Of a stretch of 64,000 nucleotides of DNA, positions 19,677 to 29,622 are shown piece by piece (within the stretch, counting starts at the first letter, position 1; the number at the start of each line of letters is the position of its first letter). This stretch comes from Flavobacteriales bacterium (GTDB lineage Bacteria > Bacteroidota > Bacteroidia > Flavobacteriales_F > PHOS-HE28), in NCBI GenBank assembly GCA_017987115.1, contig JAGNUG010000004.1:1445-65444 (forward strand), written 5' to 3'. A program made the translations under genes and the position numbers. The notes under the pieces are model-generated. The model saw only the letters and a program-made list of their open reading frames with translations. It searched no databases and was not told the origin of the DNA.

Positions 19677-20897
19677 ATGCCCCTCTCAAGCCAACTCACG
19701 AAACAACTGGTCCGCGAAATGACCATGCTCCCTCAGGAGCAATCCCTAGCAACAGGTCGTAAGAAAAAAAGCCTCTTCATAGGTATCCCGAAAGAGATAT
19801 CCTTCCAAGAACACCGCGTTCCATTGACACCTTCAGCGGTGGCGGTATTGGTAGGGCGGGGTCATGAAGTGGTGATCGAGCGTAGTGCTGGAGGTTCCGC
19901 TCAATTCCAGGACAATGACTATAGCGAGGCCGGTGCCATGGTGGTGGAAAGTGCCGAAGAGGTGTTCAAAGCGGATATGATCCTGAAGGTCGCTCCGCCC
20001 AACCATACGGAGATCGAGATGTTGCGGCATAAGCAGATCCTGATCTCGGCCCTTCAATTGACCGTTCAACCAAAGGATACGCTGCGCCGCATGATGGAAA
20101 AGCGCATGACGGCTGTGGCATGGGATTACATCAAGGACCGTGAAGGGATCTATCCGATCATACGTGCTATGGGCGAGATCGCAGGTACGACCAGTATCCA
20201 GGTGGCCAGTGAATATCTCGGTGCAGAAAAGGGGGGACCAGGTCTTTTGCTTGGCGGGATCAGTGGTGTCGCTCCTGCGGAAGTGGTGGTTGTTGGTGCC
20301 GGTACCGTGGGTGAGTTCGCTGCGCGTGCTGCACTTGGTCTTGGTGCTAGTGTGAAGGTGTTCGATCGAAGCATCTATCGCCTACGTCGCTTGCAGAATG
20401 ATCTTGGAAGTCGCGTGTGGACCTCAGTGATACAACCTACGGAACTAAGCAAAGCCCTTAAGAACGCTGATGTTGCCATTGGTGCTGTCCGTTCAGAGGA
20501 TGGACGTACACCCATGGTCGTTTCCGAGGATATGGTGAAGGAAATGAAAAGTGGTTCCGTGATCGTGGACATCAGCATCGATCGTGGTGGTTGCTTTGAG
20601 ACCAGTGAAGTAACCACACATACCGATCCCGTTTATAAGCGTTACGGTGTCTTGCACTATTGTGTGCCGAACATCGCTAGTCGTGTACCACGTACGGCTA
20701 GCACAGCGCTCAGTAATATTTTCGGTCCAATGCTTTTGCACATGGGCGATGTAGGTGGTTTCGAAGAACTGATCAAACGTGATCTGGGGCTTCGCCATGG
20801 TGTTTACTTATACAATGGCCATGTTACCAGTTCCATCTTGGGCGAAGCATTCAAACTACCGTTCAAGGATCTGGATATCTTGCTTGCAGCTTTTTAA
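19677..20897 (+). CDS. ald: Alanine dehydrogenase family protein
   Basis: GIPKE, EHRVPLTP, GAGTVG, DISIDRGGCFETS, YCVPNI. Confidence 0.88.
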   Translation: MPLSSQLTKQLVREMTMLPQEQSLATGRKKKSLFIGIPKEISFQEHRVPLTPSAVAVLVGRGHEVVIERSAGGSAQFQDNDYSEAGAMVVESAEEVFKADMILKVAPPNHTEIEMLRHKQILISALQLTVQPKDTLRRMMEKRMTAVAWDYIKDREGIYPIIRAMGEIAGTTSIQVASEYLGAEKGGPGLLLGGISGVAPAEVVVVGAGTVGEFAARAALGLGASVKVFDRSIYRLRRLQNDLGSRVWTSVIQPTELSKALKNADVAIGAVRSEDGRTPMVVSEDMVKEMKSGSVIVDISIDRGGCFETSEVTTHTDPVYKRYGVLHYCVPNIASRVPRTASTALSNIFGPMLLHMGDVGGFEELIKRDLGLRHGVYLYNGHVTSSILGEAFKLPFKDLDILLAAF

Positions 20898-20898
20898 T

Positions 20899-20914
20899 TG
20901 GTACTGGGTACTGA
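20899..20914. repeat. Left arm of an inverted heptamer-periodic repeat (TGGTACTGGGTACTGA)
   Basis: Reverse complement matches 21469-21484 at 15/16 positions; begins 1 nt after the ald stop. Confidence 0.7.
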
Positions 20915-20942
20915 GTATGGATATCTTTTTGTGAGCATATAA

Positions 20943-21386
20943 ATGAGAATCACTATTACAGCTATAATAATGCTAACAGGTTCACTACTTGCATCAGCTC
21001 AGAAGTGCAAGAAGTGTGATATGAATGCCCATGTTGACATTTCCGATAGAGTGCAGAAGAATACATACTCACAGATCCAAAGCTTTTTATGCACGTTCGA
21101 TGAACAGTGTAGATCCAATGTGGAATTTTCTGAATTCAGCAATGAACATCTATTCAAGGTTATTGAAGCGCACCCACAAGTATTTATTCAAGTACTGCAG
21201 AATGTTGATGATGTGAAACAACGACTAATTCTTGATGAACTGGAAGTACCGATCCATGATGGATTTGATCTGGAAGTGATCTATGCGAAACTATCGCAGA
21301 TCGAAGAGTCAAATGCTATGTTGGAAAAAGTAAAGGCGTCCATTGGGTCGGCAGTCAGAAAGTCAGGAGCAGAGATAAAAGAATAA
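20943..21386 (+). CDS. AT-rich secreted hypothetical protein (accessory cargo)
   Basis: Signal peptide (…LASAQ); 32-42% GC in three counted 60-bp lines; bracketed by the inverted repeat. Confidence 0.65.
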   Translation: MRITITAIIMLTGSLLASAQKCKKCDMNAHVDISDRVQKNTYSQIQSFLCTFDEQCRSNVEFSEFSNEHLFKVIEAHPQVFIQVLQNVDDVKQRLILDELEVPIHDGFDLEVIYAKLSQIEESNAMLEKVKASIGSAVRKSGAEIKE

Positions 21387-21468
21387 ATATGCTCTCGAAC
21401 GAAGGCTGGATCTACAACAAACCATCCCGCAACGTTTGAGCGATGCATTTGCTGGACGGGTAACCATT

Positions 21469-21484
21469 TCAGTACCCAATACCA
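21469..21484. repeat. Right arm of the inverted heptamer-periodic repeat (TCAGTACCCAATACCA)
   Basis: Inverse of 20899-20914; periodic units continue to about 21493. Confidence 0.7.
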
Positions 21485-21524
21485 GTTACCCAATGCCTTG
21501 TACTAAATACTCCTACAAAAACAA

Positions 21525-21917
21525 ATGTCTCTTCAACGTCGCTTAACGCTGTATCTCTTCGGGTTGGTCATCGGTGGAATGATGGCCTATAAGTATTACG
21601 GCGACCGTATTACCAATGGGAAATGGTTGCCGGAGAACAAAGTGAAACAACGCTTGGTAAGTACCCTGATCAAGGCATCACCGGAAGCCGAACAGCAACT
21701 GGCACAGTGGTCCACGGACCTTACAGCTGTGCGCCTTTCATTGGATAGTGCAACATTGGATCTTAGCGCAAGTAAACGCACACCTGATAGCATCTACTAT
21801 TCCATGCGAACAACAGTGGCTGGGCGCAATACAAGGCTTACGATAGCAGTACTCCGTGATTTCGATATTGACACAACTGCGACGCTGCAGCGGATCGTGT
21901 TGATCGCCCAGCCGTAG
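21525..21917 (+). CDS. Small membrane-anchored protein resembling the flavobacterial DUF4258-type neighbour of ald
   Basis: QRRLTLYLFGLVIG TM followed by WLPENKVKQRL; similarity and synteny recalled, not searched. Confidence 0.55.
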   Translation: MSLQRRLTLYLFGLVIGGMMAYKYYGDRITNGKWLPENKVKQRLVSTLIKASPEAEQQLAQWSTDLTAVRLSLDSATLDLSASKRTPDSIYYSMRTTVAGRNTRLTIAVLRDFDIDTTATLQRIVLIAQP

Positions 21918-21947
21918 GTAGTTGGTACGTTGTCGATAGTTCGCCTA

Positions 21948-22340
21948 TCAACGGGCCAATATCCCGCTATAATGCTGCTTTACCTCGTCGTTGCTTAACG
22001 TGATCAGCGTGAAAACACCGAGCGCGGTTCCAAAGGGGATACTTAAACAGCACAGTGCTGCAATGACCATGGATCCGGTGCGGTTCCGTGCTTTCGAGAT
22101 CCAATATCCGCTGAGCATTACAAATACACCGAATGCAAGAACAGCGAAAGCAACTCCCGACCCGATGCTCTGCATCAAGTGGCCAACGATCTCAGGTGGA
22201 GCATCCATTTCATGCTGCATCAGATCACTGTTCAGCATACCCCCGACTGCATACATTGCGAATCCTAGGAATATCGCCGTAAGACAAATAAGGCCACCAT
22301 ATACGTAGTGAAGGATCGAGACCGTAGAGAGATTGCGCAT
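21948..22340 (-). CDS. Small integral membrane hypothetical protein
   Basis: Three to four TM segments; LCCLSIPFGTALGVFTLITL motif. Confidence 0.7.
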   Translation of the reverse strand: MRNLSTVSILHYVYGGLICLTAIFLGFAMYAVGGMLNSDLMQHEMDAPPEIVGHLMQSIGSGVAFAVLAFGVFVMLSGYWISKARNRTGSMVIAALCCLSIPFGTALGVFTLITLSNDEVKQHYSGILAR

Positions 22341-22450
22341 TTGTGTTGGTTTTATGAAGCAAGAATACCAAACAGGTGAATACGTAAAGTGGCTTAACGG
22401 TTGAGTGGCTACCCGGGTTGATAATTGGTCTTGGAGACCTCGTGATCTTT

Positions 22451-23656
22451 TCAGTGCCGCGTCATTTCCCCTCTCCGTTTCCGTTCAGCAATGATCAATC
22501 CTAATTCGCGCCCAGTTTGTCCACGCGCGCTGGTATTCTCGGTTGCTCTGCGGATCAAATAGGGTAGGACCTTGCTTACCGGACCATATGGCATGTATTT
22601 TGCCACATTGTACCCCGCAGCGGCCATGTTGAAACTGATGTTATCCGACATGCCCAAGAGTTGAGAGAACCAGATGCGCGGATCGTTCCGTGCAATTTCC
22701 TGCTGCTGCATGAGCCGCGCTAGGTACAAGGTGCTCTTTTCGTTATGCGTTCCAGCTACCAAGGCCATTTTCTCCAAATGCTCCATGCAGAATTCCAACG
22801 CAGCATCATAATCACGATCGCACGCTTCCTTGTCCGGTTGAACGGGATCGAGGTAGCCCTTTTCCGCTGCACGTTCACGTTCTTTTTCCATGTACGCACC
22901 GCGCACCAACTTCACACCGAGGTGATAACCCCCTTGTTGCGCGCGCAGAAAACTGTCTTTCAAGAACGCGAGTCGATCATGGCGATACAATTGGATCGTG
23001 TTGAAGATGATCGTGCGTTGCTTGTTGTACAAAGCCATCTGGCTTTCAGCGAGATCATCGATCGCCTGTTGGATCCAGCTTTCCTCCGCATCTACAAGTA
23101 CCGGTGTACTGGCATCGTATGCCGCTTTGCAGATCCGCGCAAATCGGGCTTCGACACGTTTCCATTCCTCAGTCTCTATCAGGGTGAGTTGGTCCTTGGA
23201 ATTGATCTTTTCCAGCAGTTGTGTGCGCGCCAACCCGGTTACTTTGAACACCGCGAACGGGATCTTATTCTGTCCGTTCGCGGCACGGATCCCAACCAAT
23301 AATTCCTCTGTGGTCGCATCGAGTGAGGCCTCATCATCTTGCCCCTCTACGCTGTAATCCAAGATGGTCCCAACACCGCTTTCAGCTAGTTTTTCCGCCG
23401 TGATCAAGCTTTCACTCACTGTTTCACCTCCACAGAACTGTTCGAAGATCGTGGCCTTGATCACGCCTTTTATTGGTAAATGCATCGCCAAGGCTAGCTT
23501 GGTCAAGCTGGACCCCGCTGCGGTAAGCCACGGCGTACCGATGATGCGGAACAACCAGAATGCTTTGAAAAGGTCACGTTTGCTTTTATGGGCGAAGGCG
23601 GTGCGGGTATCTCCAAGATCAGGTAATTGATCAATGGATGCTATGGTTTCCGGCAT
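22451..23656 (-). CDS. Monofunctional proline dehydrogenase
   Basis: QFCGGE, VDAEES, KLVRGAYMEKE, AGTHN, SQLLGMSD, KYMPYGP, YLIRRA-EN. Confidence 0.93.
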   Translation of the reverse strand: MPETIASIDQLPDLGDTRTAFAHKSKRDLFKAFWLFRIIGTPWLTAAGSSLTKLALAMHLPIKGVIKATIFEQFCGGETVSESLITAEKLAESGVGTILDYSVEGQDDEASLDATTEELLVGIRAANGQNKIPFAVFKVTGLARTQLLEKINSKDQLTLIETEEWKRVEARFARICKAAYDASTPVLVDAEESWIQQAIDDLAESQMALYNKQRTIIFNTIQLYRHDRLAFLKDSFLRAQQGGYHLGVKLVRGAYMEKERERAAEKGYLDPVQPDKEACDRDYDAALEFCMEHLEKMALVAGTHNEKSTLYLARLMQQQEIARNDPRIWFSQLLGMSDNISFNMAAAGYNVAKYMPYGPVSKVLPYLIRRATENTSARGQTGRELGLIIAERKRRGEMTRH

Positions 23657-23740
23657 CTGATAGGTTGCGGTAACGTGATCCTTCGTTTATTTGAGCATCG
23701 GCGAGGGTCATTGGACCGACCTCTTCCGTATTTTGGGTTG

Positions 23741-23748
23741 CAAAAGTA
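23741..23748 (-). promoter_or_regulatory. Bacteroidota -7 element (TACTTTTG) for proline dehydrogenase
   Basis: Exact TAnnTTTG match in the divergent intergenic region. Confidence 0.5.
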
Positions 23749-23751
23749 GCA

Positions 23752-24855
23752 ATGGGCAGGATCAAGAAAACGGTCATTGAGATCGATGCTGGTGGACATC
23801 CTGTGTTCGCAGGTCATCATGCACTGTATTTCCTGGAAAAAATGCTCAAGAAGTTTGCGCCAAAGCAATGCTTCGTGCTTGGCGATGAGAACACGATCAG
23901 CCAATGCCTTCCCGAAGTTCAAGCCCATGTTCCATCTCTTCAGAAAGCGGAACTGATCTCGATCAATAGCGGAGAAGCCTCCAAGTGCTTGCCTGTTTGC
24001 CAGGATATTTGGGAACACCTTGCCGAATTGAAAGCTGACCGGAGCGCGGTGCTCATAAATCTCGGTGGTGGGGTGGTGTCCGATCTTGGTGGGTTCATTG
24101 CTTCAACCTACAAACGAGGGATACGTTCGATCAATTTGCCGACTTCGCTCATGGGCATGGTCGATGCTGCCATCGGAGGTAAGACCGGTATCGATCTGCA
24201 CGGGGCAAAGAACATGGTGGGGACGTTCCATGATCCGCTGGCAGTTTATATCTACCCCCCATTCTTGCGGACATTGAATAAACGCGAATTGTTGAACGGT
24301 CTTGCGGAAATGTTGAAGCATGGACTGATCGAGGACGCGAAGCATTGGAAAGCGATAACGAAAGCACCCTTGCATGATCTTGATGCCTTGGCGCCATTGA
24401 TCTATCGCTCGGTATCGATCAAGGCCGAAGTGGTGAAGCGCGATCCGCTTGAGGCTGGTTTTAGGAAGGTCCTCAATTTCGGCCATACCATCGGGCACGG
24501 TATCGAAGCCTATTCCTGGGAAAGTCAGCACCGTGCCCTTTTGCATGGTGAAGCCATTGCGATCGGCATGATCACGGAGTCATGGATCAGTAGCAGGATC
24601 GGTGGTCTGGATCGCGAGGATCATGATCGTATCGCCTCATTCTTGATCGAATTGTATAAGCCGTTTCTGATCGATGGTGCTGCGGATCACCGTGTTGTTG
24701 AATTGATGCGGAATGACAAAAAGAACAAAGAAGGTGAATTCCGTTTTACACTGATCGATCGCATTGGTAGCGCTGTTCCTGATATTCCTGTGACCGCAAA
24801 AATGGCCCGCGAAGCGTTGGAGCATTATCGCTTACTCGTACGTGACCGCCAATGA
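23752..24855 (+). CDS. aroB: 3-dehydroquinate synthase
   Basis: GEASK, GGGVVSDLGGF, MVDAAIGGKTG, LNFGHTIGH, HGEAIA, DKKN. Confidence 0.96.
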   Translation: MGRIKKTVIEIDAGGHPVFAGHHALYFLEKMLKKFAPKQCFVLGDENTISQCLPEVQAHVPSLQKAELISINSGEASKCLPVCQDIWEHLAELKADRSAVLINLGGGVVSDLGGFIASTYKRGIRSINLPTSLMGMVDAAIGGKTGIDLHGAKNMVGTFHDPLAVYIYPPFLRTLNKRELLNGLAEMLKHGLIEDAKHWKAITKAPLHDLDALAPLIYRSVSIKAEVVKRDPLEAGFRKVLNFGHTIGHGIEAYSWESQHRALLHGEAIAIGMITESWISSRIGGLDREDHDRIASFLIELYKPFLIDGAADHRVVELMRNDKKNKEGEFRFTLIDRIGSAVPDIPVTAKMAREALEHYRLLVRDRQ

Positions 24856-24897
24856 TCGACCTTTGTTGACCTGACCAGTTGGTCACTGTCGAATAAC

Positions 24898-26112
24898 ATG
24901 CAACCTTCAATTACCATCAAGCGACCATCCGGACCGCTGAACACAACGATCAACTTGCCGCGCTCCAAAAGCGTGAGTAATCGCGCGTTGATCATGGCTT
25001 CGTTGATCGGCGATCTGGATCTCGTTCACAATTTAAGCGATGGTGACGACACCCGCGTATTGCACCAATTGTTGCGCGATAGACCGCATACAATGGATTG
25101 TGGCGCTGGTGGCACCACGTTGCGGTTCCTACTGGCTTGGGCCAGCGTGCAGGAGGGTGAAGAACACCTTATCACGGGAATACCGCGATTGTTGGAACGG
25201 CCGCATGGTGATCTTGTAAATGCATTGATCACACTAGGTGCTGATATTCAAAAACTGCCCAATGGATTTTTAGTGAAAGGCAGAAAAATGAAGGGCGGGA
25301 AAGTGCATTTCGATTCGCCGATCAGCAGCCAGTACCTTAGTGCGTTGGTGTTGATCGCACCCAAGATGGAGGATGGTCTGGACATGCGTTGGACAGGAAC
25401 ACGATTGAGCGAACCATTCGTAAGTATGACGCTGAAGATGCTTGCTCACTTCGGGGTTTTCCCGCGGTTGGAAATGGATGGTGTTCGCGTTTTTCCCGGT
25501 GCATATAAAAAGGTGACCTACAATGTACCTCCCGATTGGAGCAGTGCAGCTTTTTGGTTCGAACAGGTTGCTATGGATCGCGGCGCTGATGTGTTACTCA
25601 CAGGGCTGGATGATGAAACGCTTCAGGGCGATCGTGAAGCCATGCGTTTGTGGTCACCGTGGGTGAATGCGGATTTCGAAAAGGATGGGTTGCGCTTGAC
25701 GCACCGCGAAATGCCCGATGAATGGCCGGACCATGCAATGCAAATGAAACATGTTCCGGATCTTTTCCAACCCCTTGCATTTACGCTCGCCGCGCGCGGA
25801 TGCAAGGCCACACTGACCGGTTTGGACAACCTCGTTGTAAAAGAAACCGATCGTCTTAAAGAAGTGGCCGCAGTGCTCCATACGTTGGGTTGCAGTGCCG
25901 TGCATTCCGACGGCACCTTCTCGCTCAGTGGATCGATAACGAATAAGGATCCGCTACCCTTCGATCCCAATATCGATCACCGCATGGCATTGTCCATTGC
26001 GCCGCTGGCACTTGTATTGCCGCAAGTGACCATTCACGATCCCGAAGTGGTGAACAAGTCATACCCTACGTTCTGGGATGACCTTCGCCAAGCAGGATAT
26101 ATTATTTCCTGA
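24898..26112 (+). CDS. aroA: EPSP synthase
   Basis: SKSVSNR, GTTLRF, SSQY, KETDRL, DHRMA, KSYP. Confidence 0.94.
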   Translation: MQPSITIKRPSGPLNTTINLPRSKSVSNRALIMASLIGDLDLVHNLSDGDDTRVLHQLLRDRPHTMDCGAGGTTLRFLLAWASVQEGEEHLITGIPRLLERPHGDLVNALITLGADIQKLPNGFLVKGRKMKGGKVHFDSPISSQYLSALVLIAPKMEDGLDMRWTGTRLSEPFVSMTLKMLAHFGVFPRLEMDGVRVFPGAYKKVTYNVPPDWSSAAFWFEQVAMDRGADVLLTGLDDETLQGDREAMRLWSPWVNADFEKDGLRLTHREMPDEWPDHAMQMKHVPDLFQPLAFTLAARGCKATLTGLDNLVVKETDRLKEVAAVLHTLGCSAVHSDGTFSLSGSITNKDPLPFDPNIDHRMALSIAPLALVLPQVTIHDPEVVNKSYPTFWDDLRQAGYIIS

Positions 26113-26748
26113 TCACCGATAGTCAGGAATATTCTTTCCCAAGGTGATCAACAGATCGCCTCGCCATTTGCCTGAACTGTCCTTTTCCAACGGAATGTTC
26201 AGGTCTCCGCCACGTTGTTCGGCGTTGTTCCTTTCTTCTTCGGTGAGTTTGGGGTCGTCGAGGAAACGGACCTCATCGATATAGTATTCGTTCTTGTCCG
26301 GTTCCTTCACGAAAATGTGGATGTGCGCCGGTAATGTTCCGTCAGGGTAGGGTGCTGGGCGGATGGTCTTCAATGTGAATTGGCCATTGGGACCTGTCCT
26401 GAGCCATCCTCGCAAATGACCGTGTCGTGCGCCATGGGATTGACCTTGTCCCGGGCTGTATTGCCCGTTCGCATCCGTGTGGTAGACGTATAGGATCACG
26501 TTCTCAGCAGGAGTTCTCCCATCAACTTGGACCAATATACCATCGATCACCAGTTTTTCACCAGGTTCGTTGGCCGATGATAGATCAAGCACAGATCCGA
26601 GCGTTTCTGGCGCTGGTTGCCCTTCATATAAGAGTTCGCACCCATCACATGGCCCGCCGATCTTTTGCGCCGAAGTGTTGGTCGCATTCTGCGCGACCGG
26701 TCCAGCACAACCGGTAAGTATCAAGACAAACGCGGCGCTAGTTCTCAT
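26113..26748 (-). CDS. Intradiol ring-cleavage dioxygenase-like lipoprotein
   Basis: Lipobox LTGC; YHTD-x-x-G-x-Y, LRGW, RPAPYP, PAHIH iron-ligand motifs. Confidence 0.82.
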   Translation of the reverse strand: MRTSAAFVLILTGCAGPVAQNATNTSAQKIGGPCDGCELLYEGQPAPETLGSVLDLSSANEPGEKLVIDGILVQVDGRTPAENVILYVYHTDANGQYSPGQGQSHGARHGHLRGWLRTGPNGQFTLKTIRPAPYPDGTLPAHIHIFVKEPDKNEYYIDEVRFLDDPKLTEEERNNAEQRGGDLNIPLEKDSSGKWRGDLLITLGKNIPDYR

Positions 26749-26938
26749 TCGATTACTTTCAACACTGAATGCGAGTTCACATGAAAAGTAACAAAAGGGC
26801 TATAATATCGAAGTGACGAAAAAATAATGAAATGGAAATTTAGGCGATCATCCTCATCTTCGCACGGATGAATCTGTAGCGCAACACTTCGCGCATGTGC
26901 AGTTGTATAAATTGGTACCTGATCTATTCCGAGATAAA

Positions 26939-28621
26939 ATGGCATTCCCTTCAGACCTTGAGATCGCGCAAAAAGCGCAGATGAAACCCATTACCACTAT
27001 TGCGCAGTCACTGGGTGTGGATCCCGATGTGATCGAACAGTACGGTAGGTACAAGGCCAAGCTTCCATTGAATTTGATCGATGAGGTCAAGATCAAGAAA
27101 AGCAAACTGATCCTCGTTACTGCATTGTCACCTACACCAGCTGGGGAAGGCAAGACCACAACCAGCATCGGTCTGGTCGAGGGGTTGAACAAAGTGGGAA
27201 AAAAGGCGATGGCTGTGTTGCGTGAACCTTCGCTCGGTCCTGTATTCGGTATGAAAGGTGGCGCTGCCGGTGGTGGTTATGCCCAAGTGGTGCCCATGGA
27301 GGATATCAACTTGCATTTCACGGGCGATTTTGCCGCGATAGAAAAGGCAAACAACTTGCTGAGCGCATTGATCGATAACAACATCCAAAGCAAGAAACGC
27401 AACCTGGAGATCGACCCGCGGACCATTGCTTGGAAACGCGTGATCGACATGAACGATAGGGCATTGCGGGATATCGTTATCGGTCTTGGAGGAACAGGGA
27501 ACGGCATTCCACGTGAAGATGGGTTCAATATTACAGCTGCTAGTGAGGTGATGGCGATCGTTTGCTTGGCAACGGGTATAGAGGATCTGAAAAAGCGGTT
27601 AGGGAACATTTTCGTTGGGAATAGCAGGGCGGAAGGAAAGAAGTATGTCTATGCCCGCGACCTGAACGCGCAAGGAGCGATGGCGCTTTTGCTGAAGGAT
27701 GCGATCAAACCGAACTTGGTGCAGACATTGGAAGGGAATCCTGCGATCATCCATGGTGGTCCTTTCGCGAACATTGCACAAGGTGTGAACAGCGTGTTGG
27801 CAACGAAAATGGGTCTCAGCCTTGCTGATTATGTGGTGACCGAAGCCGGTTTCGGAGCTGATCTCGGTGCGGAAAAATTCTTCGATATCAAATGCCGTGC
27901 AGCGGGACTGGCTCCCAGTGCTGTAGTGATCGTCGCTACGGTCCGTGCGCTGCGTTTCCATGGTGGCGCGGATATCAAGGAAGTGAACAACGCTGCTTCT
28001 GATCGCGTGAAGACCGGTCTTGCCAACTTGGGTAGACACATTGAGAACATTGGCAAGTTCGGCGTGAAAGCCGTGGTAGCCATCAACCATTTTCCGACGG
28101 ATACGGAAGAGGAGATCGAACTGATCAAAGCGTATTGCACCAAGCAGGGTGCGGAAGCCGTATTGGCGAAAGGGTTCGCGGAAGGCGGCGAAGGCATGAA
28201 GGACCTGGCCAAAGCAGTGGTGAAAGTTGCAGAAGCAGGCGATTCCAAATTCAAGGTGCTTTATGATCTGGAATTATCGATCAAAAAGAAAATTGAAACC
28301 GTTGCAAAAGAAATTTACAGAGCTGATAGTGTGAACTACAGCGATGTCGCTGAGACTGCACTCCGTCGCATCACGAACCTAGGTCTGGAAGGATTGCCTG
28401 TATGTATCGCCAAAACACAATATAGCTTCAGCGACGATCCCAAATTGTTGGCAGCACCGACCGGTTTTGAGATCACCGTGAACGATATCGAGATCGCCGC
28501 TGGAGCTGGTTTCGTAGTGCCCATCCTCGGAAAAATGATGCGCATGCCGGGCTTGCCGGAAGTTCCAGCAAGCGAACACATGGACATCGACGAGAACGGT
28601 GTTGTTACCGGATTGTCGTAA
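26939..28621 (+). CDS. fhs: Formate--tetrahydrofolate ligase
   Basis: PTPAGEGKTT, LHFTGD, HGGPFANIAQG, TEAGFGADLGAEKF, KTQYSFSD, MRMPGLP. Confidence 0.97.
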   Translation: MAFPSDLEIAQKAQMKPITTIAQSLGVDPDVIEQYGRYKAKLPLNLIDEVKIKKSKLILVTALSPTPAGEGKTTTSIGLVEGLNKVGKKAMAVLREPSLGPVFGMKGGAAGGGYAQVVPMEDINLHFTGDFAAIEKANNLLSALIDNNIQSKKRNLEIDPRTIAWKRVIDMNDRALRDIVIGLGGTGNGIPREDGFNITAASEVMAIVCLATGIEDLKKRLGNIFVGNSRAEGKKYVYARDLNAQGAMALLLKDAIKPNLVQTLEGNPAIIHGGPFANIAQGVNSVLATKMGLSLADYVVTEAGFGADLGAEKFFDIKCRAAGLAPSAVVIVATVRALRFHGGADIKEVNNAASDRVKTGLANLGRHIENIGKFGVKAVVAINHFPTDTEEEIELIKAYCTKQGAEAVLAKGFAEGGEGMKDLAKAVVKVAEAGDSKFKVLYDLELSIKKKIETVAKEIYRADSVNYSDVAETALRRITNLGLEGLPVCIAKTQYSFSDDPKLLAAPTGFEITVNDIEIAAGAGFVVPILGKMMRMPGLPEVPASEHMDIDENGVVTGLS

Positions 28622-28624
28622 GCA

Positions 28625-29092
28625 CTAGTTTGCTATGAATGCCATGCCGGCCACGGTAGATACCAGGACCAGTGCGGGTACGATGCGCAACAACAGTCCG
28701 CGGTAGTTACCAGTATGGAGTGGCTCTTGTCCACGTTGCATGATGATGGCAAGCAGTGTAACGACACAAAGCGCAACACTGAGCGCCGCTAGAAAAGTTG
28801 CCCCTGGCCAGTGTTGAACTTTCAGTAACAAGGCAATAACGCTAAGCCCCATAGCCGCACCACCCAAGATCGATAGGGGTATCTTGGTTGTTGAGGTCTG
28901 TTCCGAACGGAACAAGGATGAAGTCCGGGCCGTGGTTGCTGTGTGGAAGTAGAACAATGCCAACAAGATCGATCCAATAGTAAGTATGATCGCTGCCGTT
29001 GGGAGGTGAAGCATTTTCATGCCGAAGCCAAGTAGGGCGATGGTCAGGAGAGAACGTTCTGCGGTTTTCATGTTTTGCTTGGTCAGGTTCAT
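28625..29092 (-). CDS. Membrane protein with two GldL N-terminal-like hairpins
   Basis: MKMLHLPTA and LKVQHWPGA, each resembling the GldL-N K-x-x-H-W-P-G motif. Confidence 0.55.
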   Translation of the reverse strand: MNLTKQNMKTAERSLLTIALLGFGMKMLHLPTAAIILTIGSILLALFYFHTATTARTSSLFRSEQTSTTKIPLSILGGAAMGLSVIALLLKVQHWPGATFLAALSVALCVVTLLAIIMQRGQEPLHTGNYRGLLLRIVPALVLVSTVAGMAFIAN

Positions 29093-29175
29093 CGTTAATT
29101 TTTAAGTGTCGAAACAGAGAATGCACTGACCTTAATAAGGTAACGTTCATGGGTTTTGCTGATCTTTGTTCGTCC

Positions 29176-29622
29176 ATGCTGGTTCGGTCATTCATCTTCA
29201 CGTTGGTCATCATGGCTTCGGGTTCTGTTCGCTCTCAAGGGCCACCTTGCACAACGTTCATACATGGCACCTTTGAAGAGGGAACACATACCAAGCAAGA
29301 AGTACTCAGCGGAAATAAGGAAGGTGTACGGATACTGCGCCGTGGAAAGAGTCACGTGGAAACGAACAGAGCAACGCGGCGAAAAGTGCGCTACACCGCC
29401 GTTTGGATAAGTGATTGTGTTCTTCAACTGACCGATCCCCGTGTCAAGAAAGAAGGAAATGTCAAACTCGACCCGCCGGCTGATACCGTTACGATCACGA
29501 TCACAGATACATGGAAATACGGTTACTCCTATACCCGGTCCTATTCAGGTTTGGATCGGTTGGAAACAGGTGCGATGAAGATGATCATTCCGCAAGGTGC
29601 CGGAATTTCCTTCGGCCTGTGA
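29176..29622 (+). CDS. Secreted hypothetical protein
   Basis: Signal peptide from ATG 29176; YTAVWISDCVLQL segment typical of small Bacteroidota secreted beta proteins. Confidence 0.55.
   Translation: MLVRSFIFTLVIMASGSVRSQGPPCTTFIHGTFEEGTHTKQEVLSGNKEGVRILRRGKSHVETNRATRRKVRYTAVWISDCVLQLTDPRVKKEGNVKLDPPADTVTITITDTWKYGYSYTRSYSGLDRLETGAMKMIIPQGAGISFGL

Noticed and set aside
21387-21468. Integron attC site after the AT-rich gene
   Set aside because: An imperfect hairpin exists, but there are no RYYYAAC/GTTRRRY core sites at its ends and no integrase in the window.
24898-26112. AroA substitutions (GTTLRF, VVKETDR) as glyphosate-resistance or inactivation signs
   Set aside because: Catalytic motifs are intact and R-F at this position is typical of Bacteroidota; nothing can be concluded without an alignment.
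26749-26938. THF or ZMP/ZTP riboswitch upstream of fhs
   Set aside because: No recognisable consensus elements; the region is AT-rich divergent promoter DNA.
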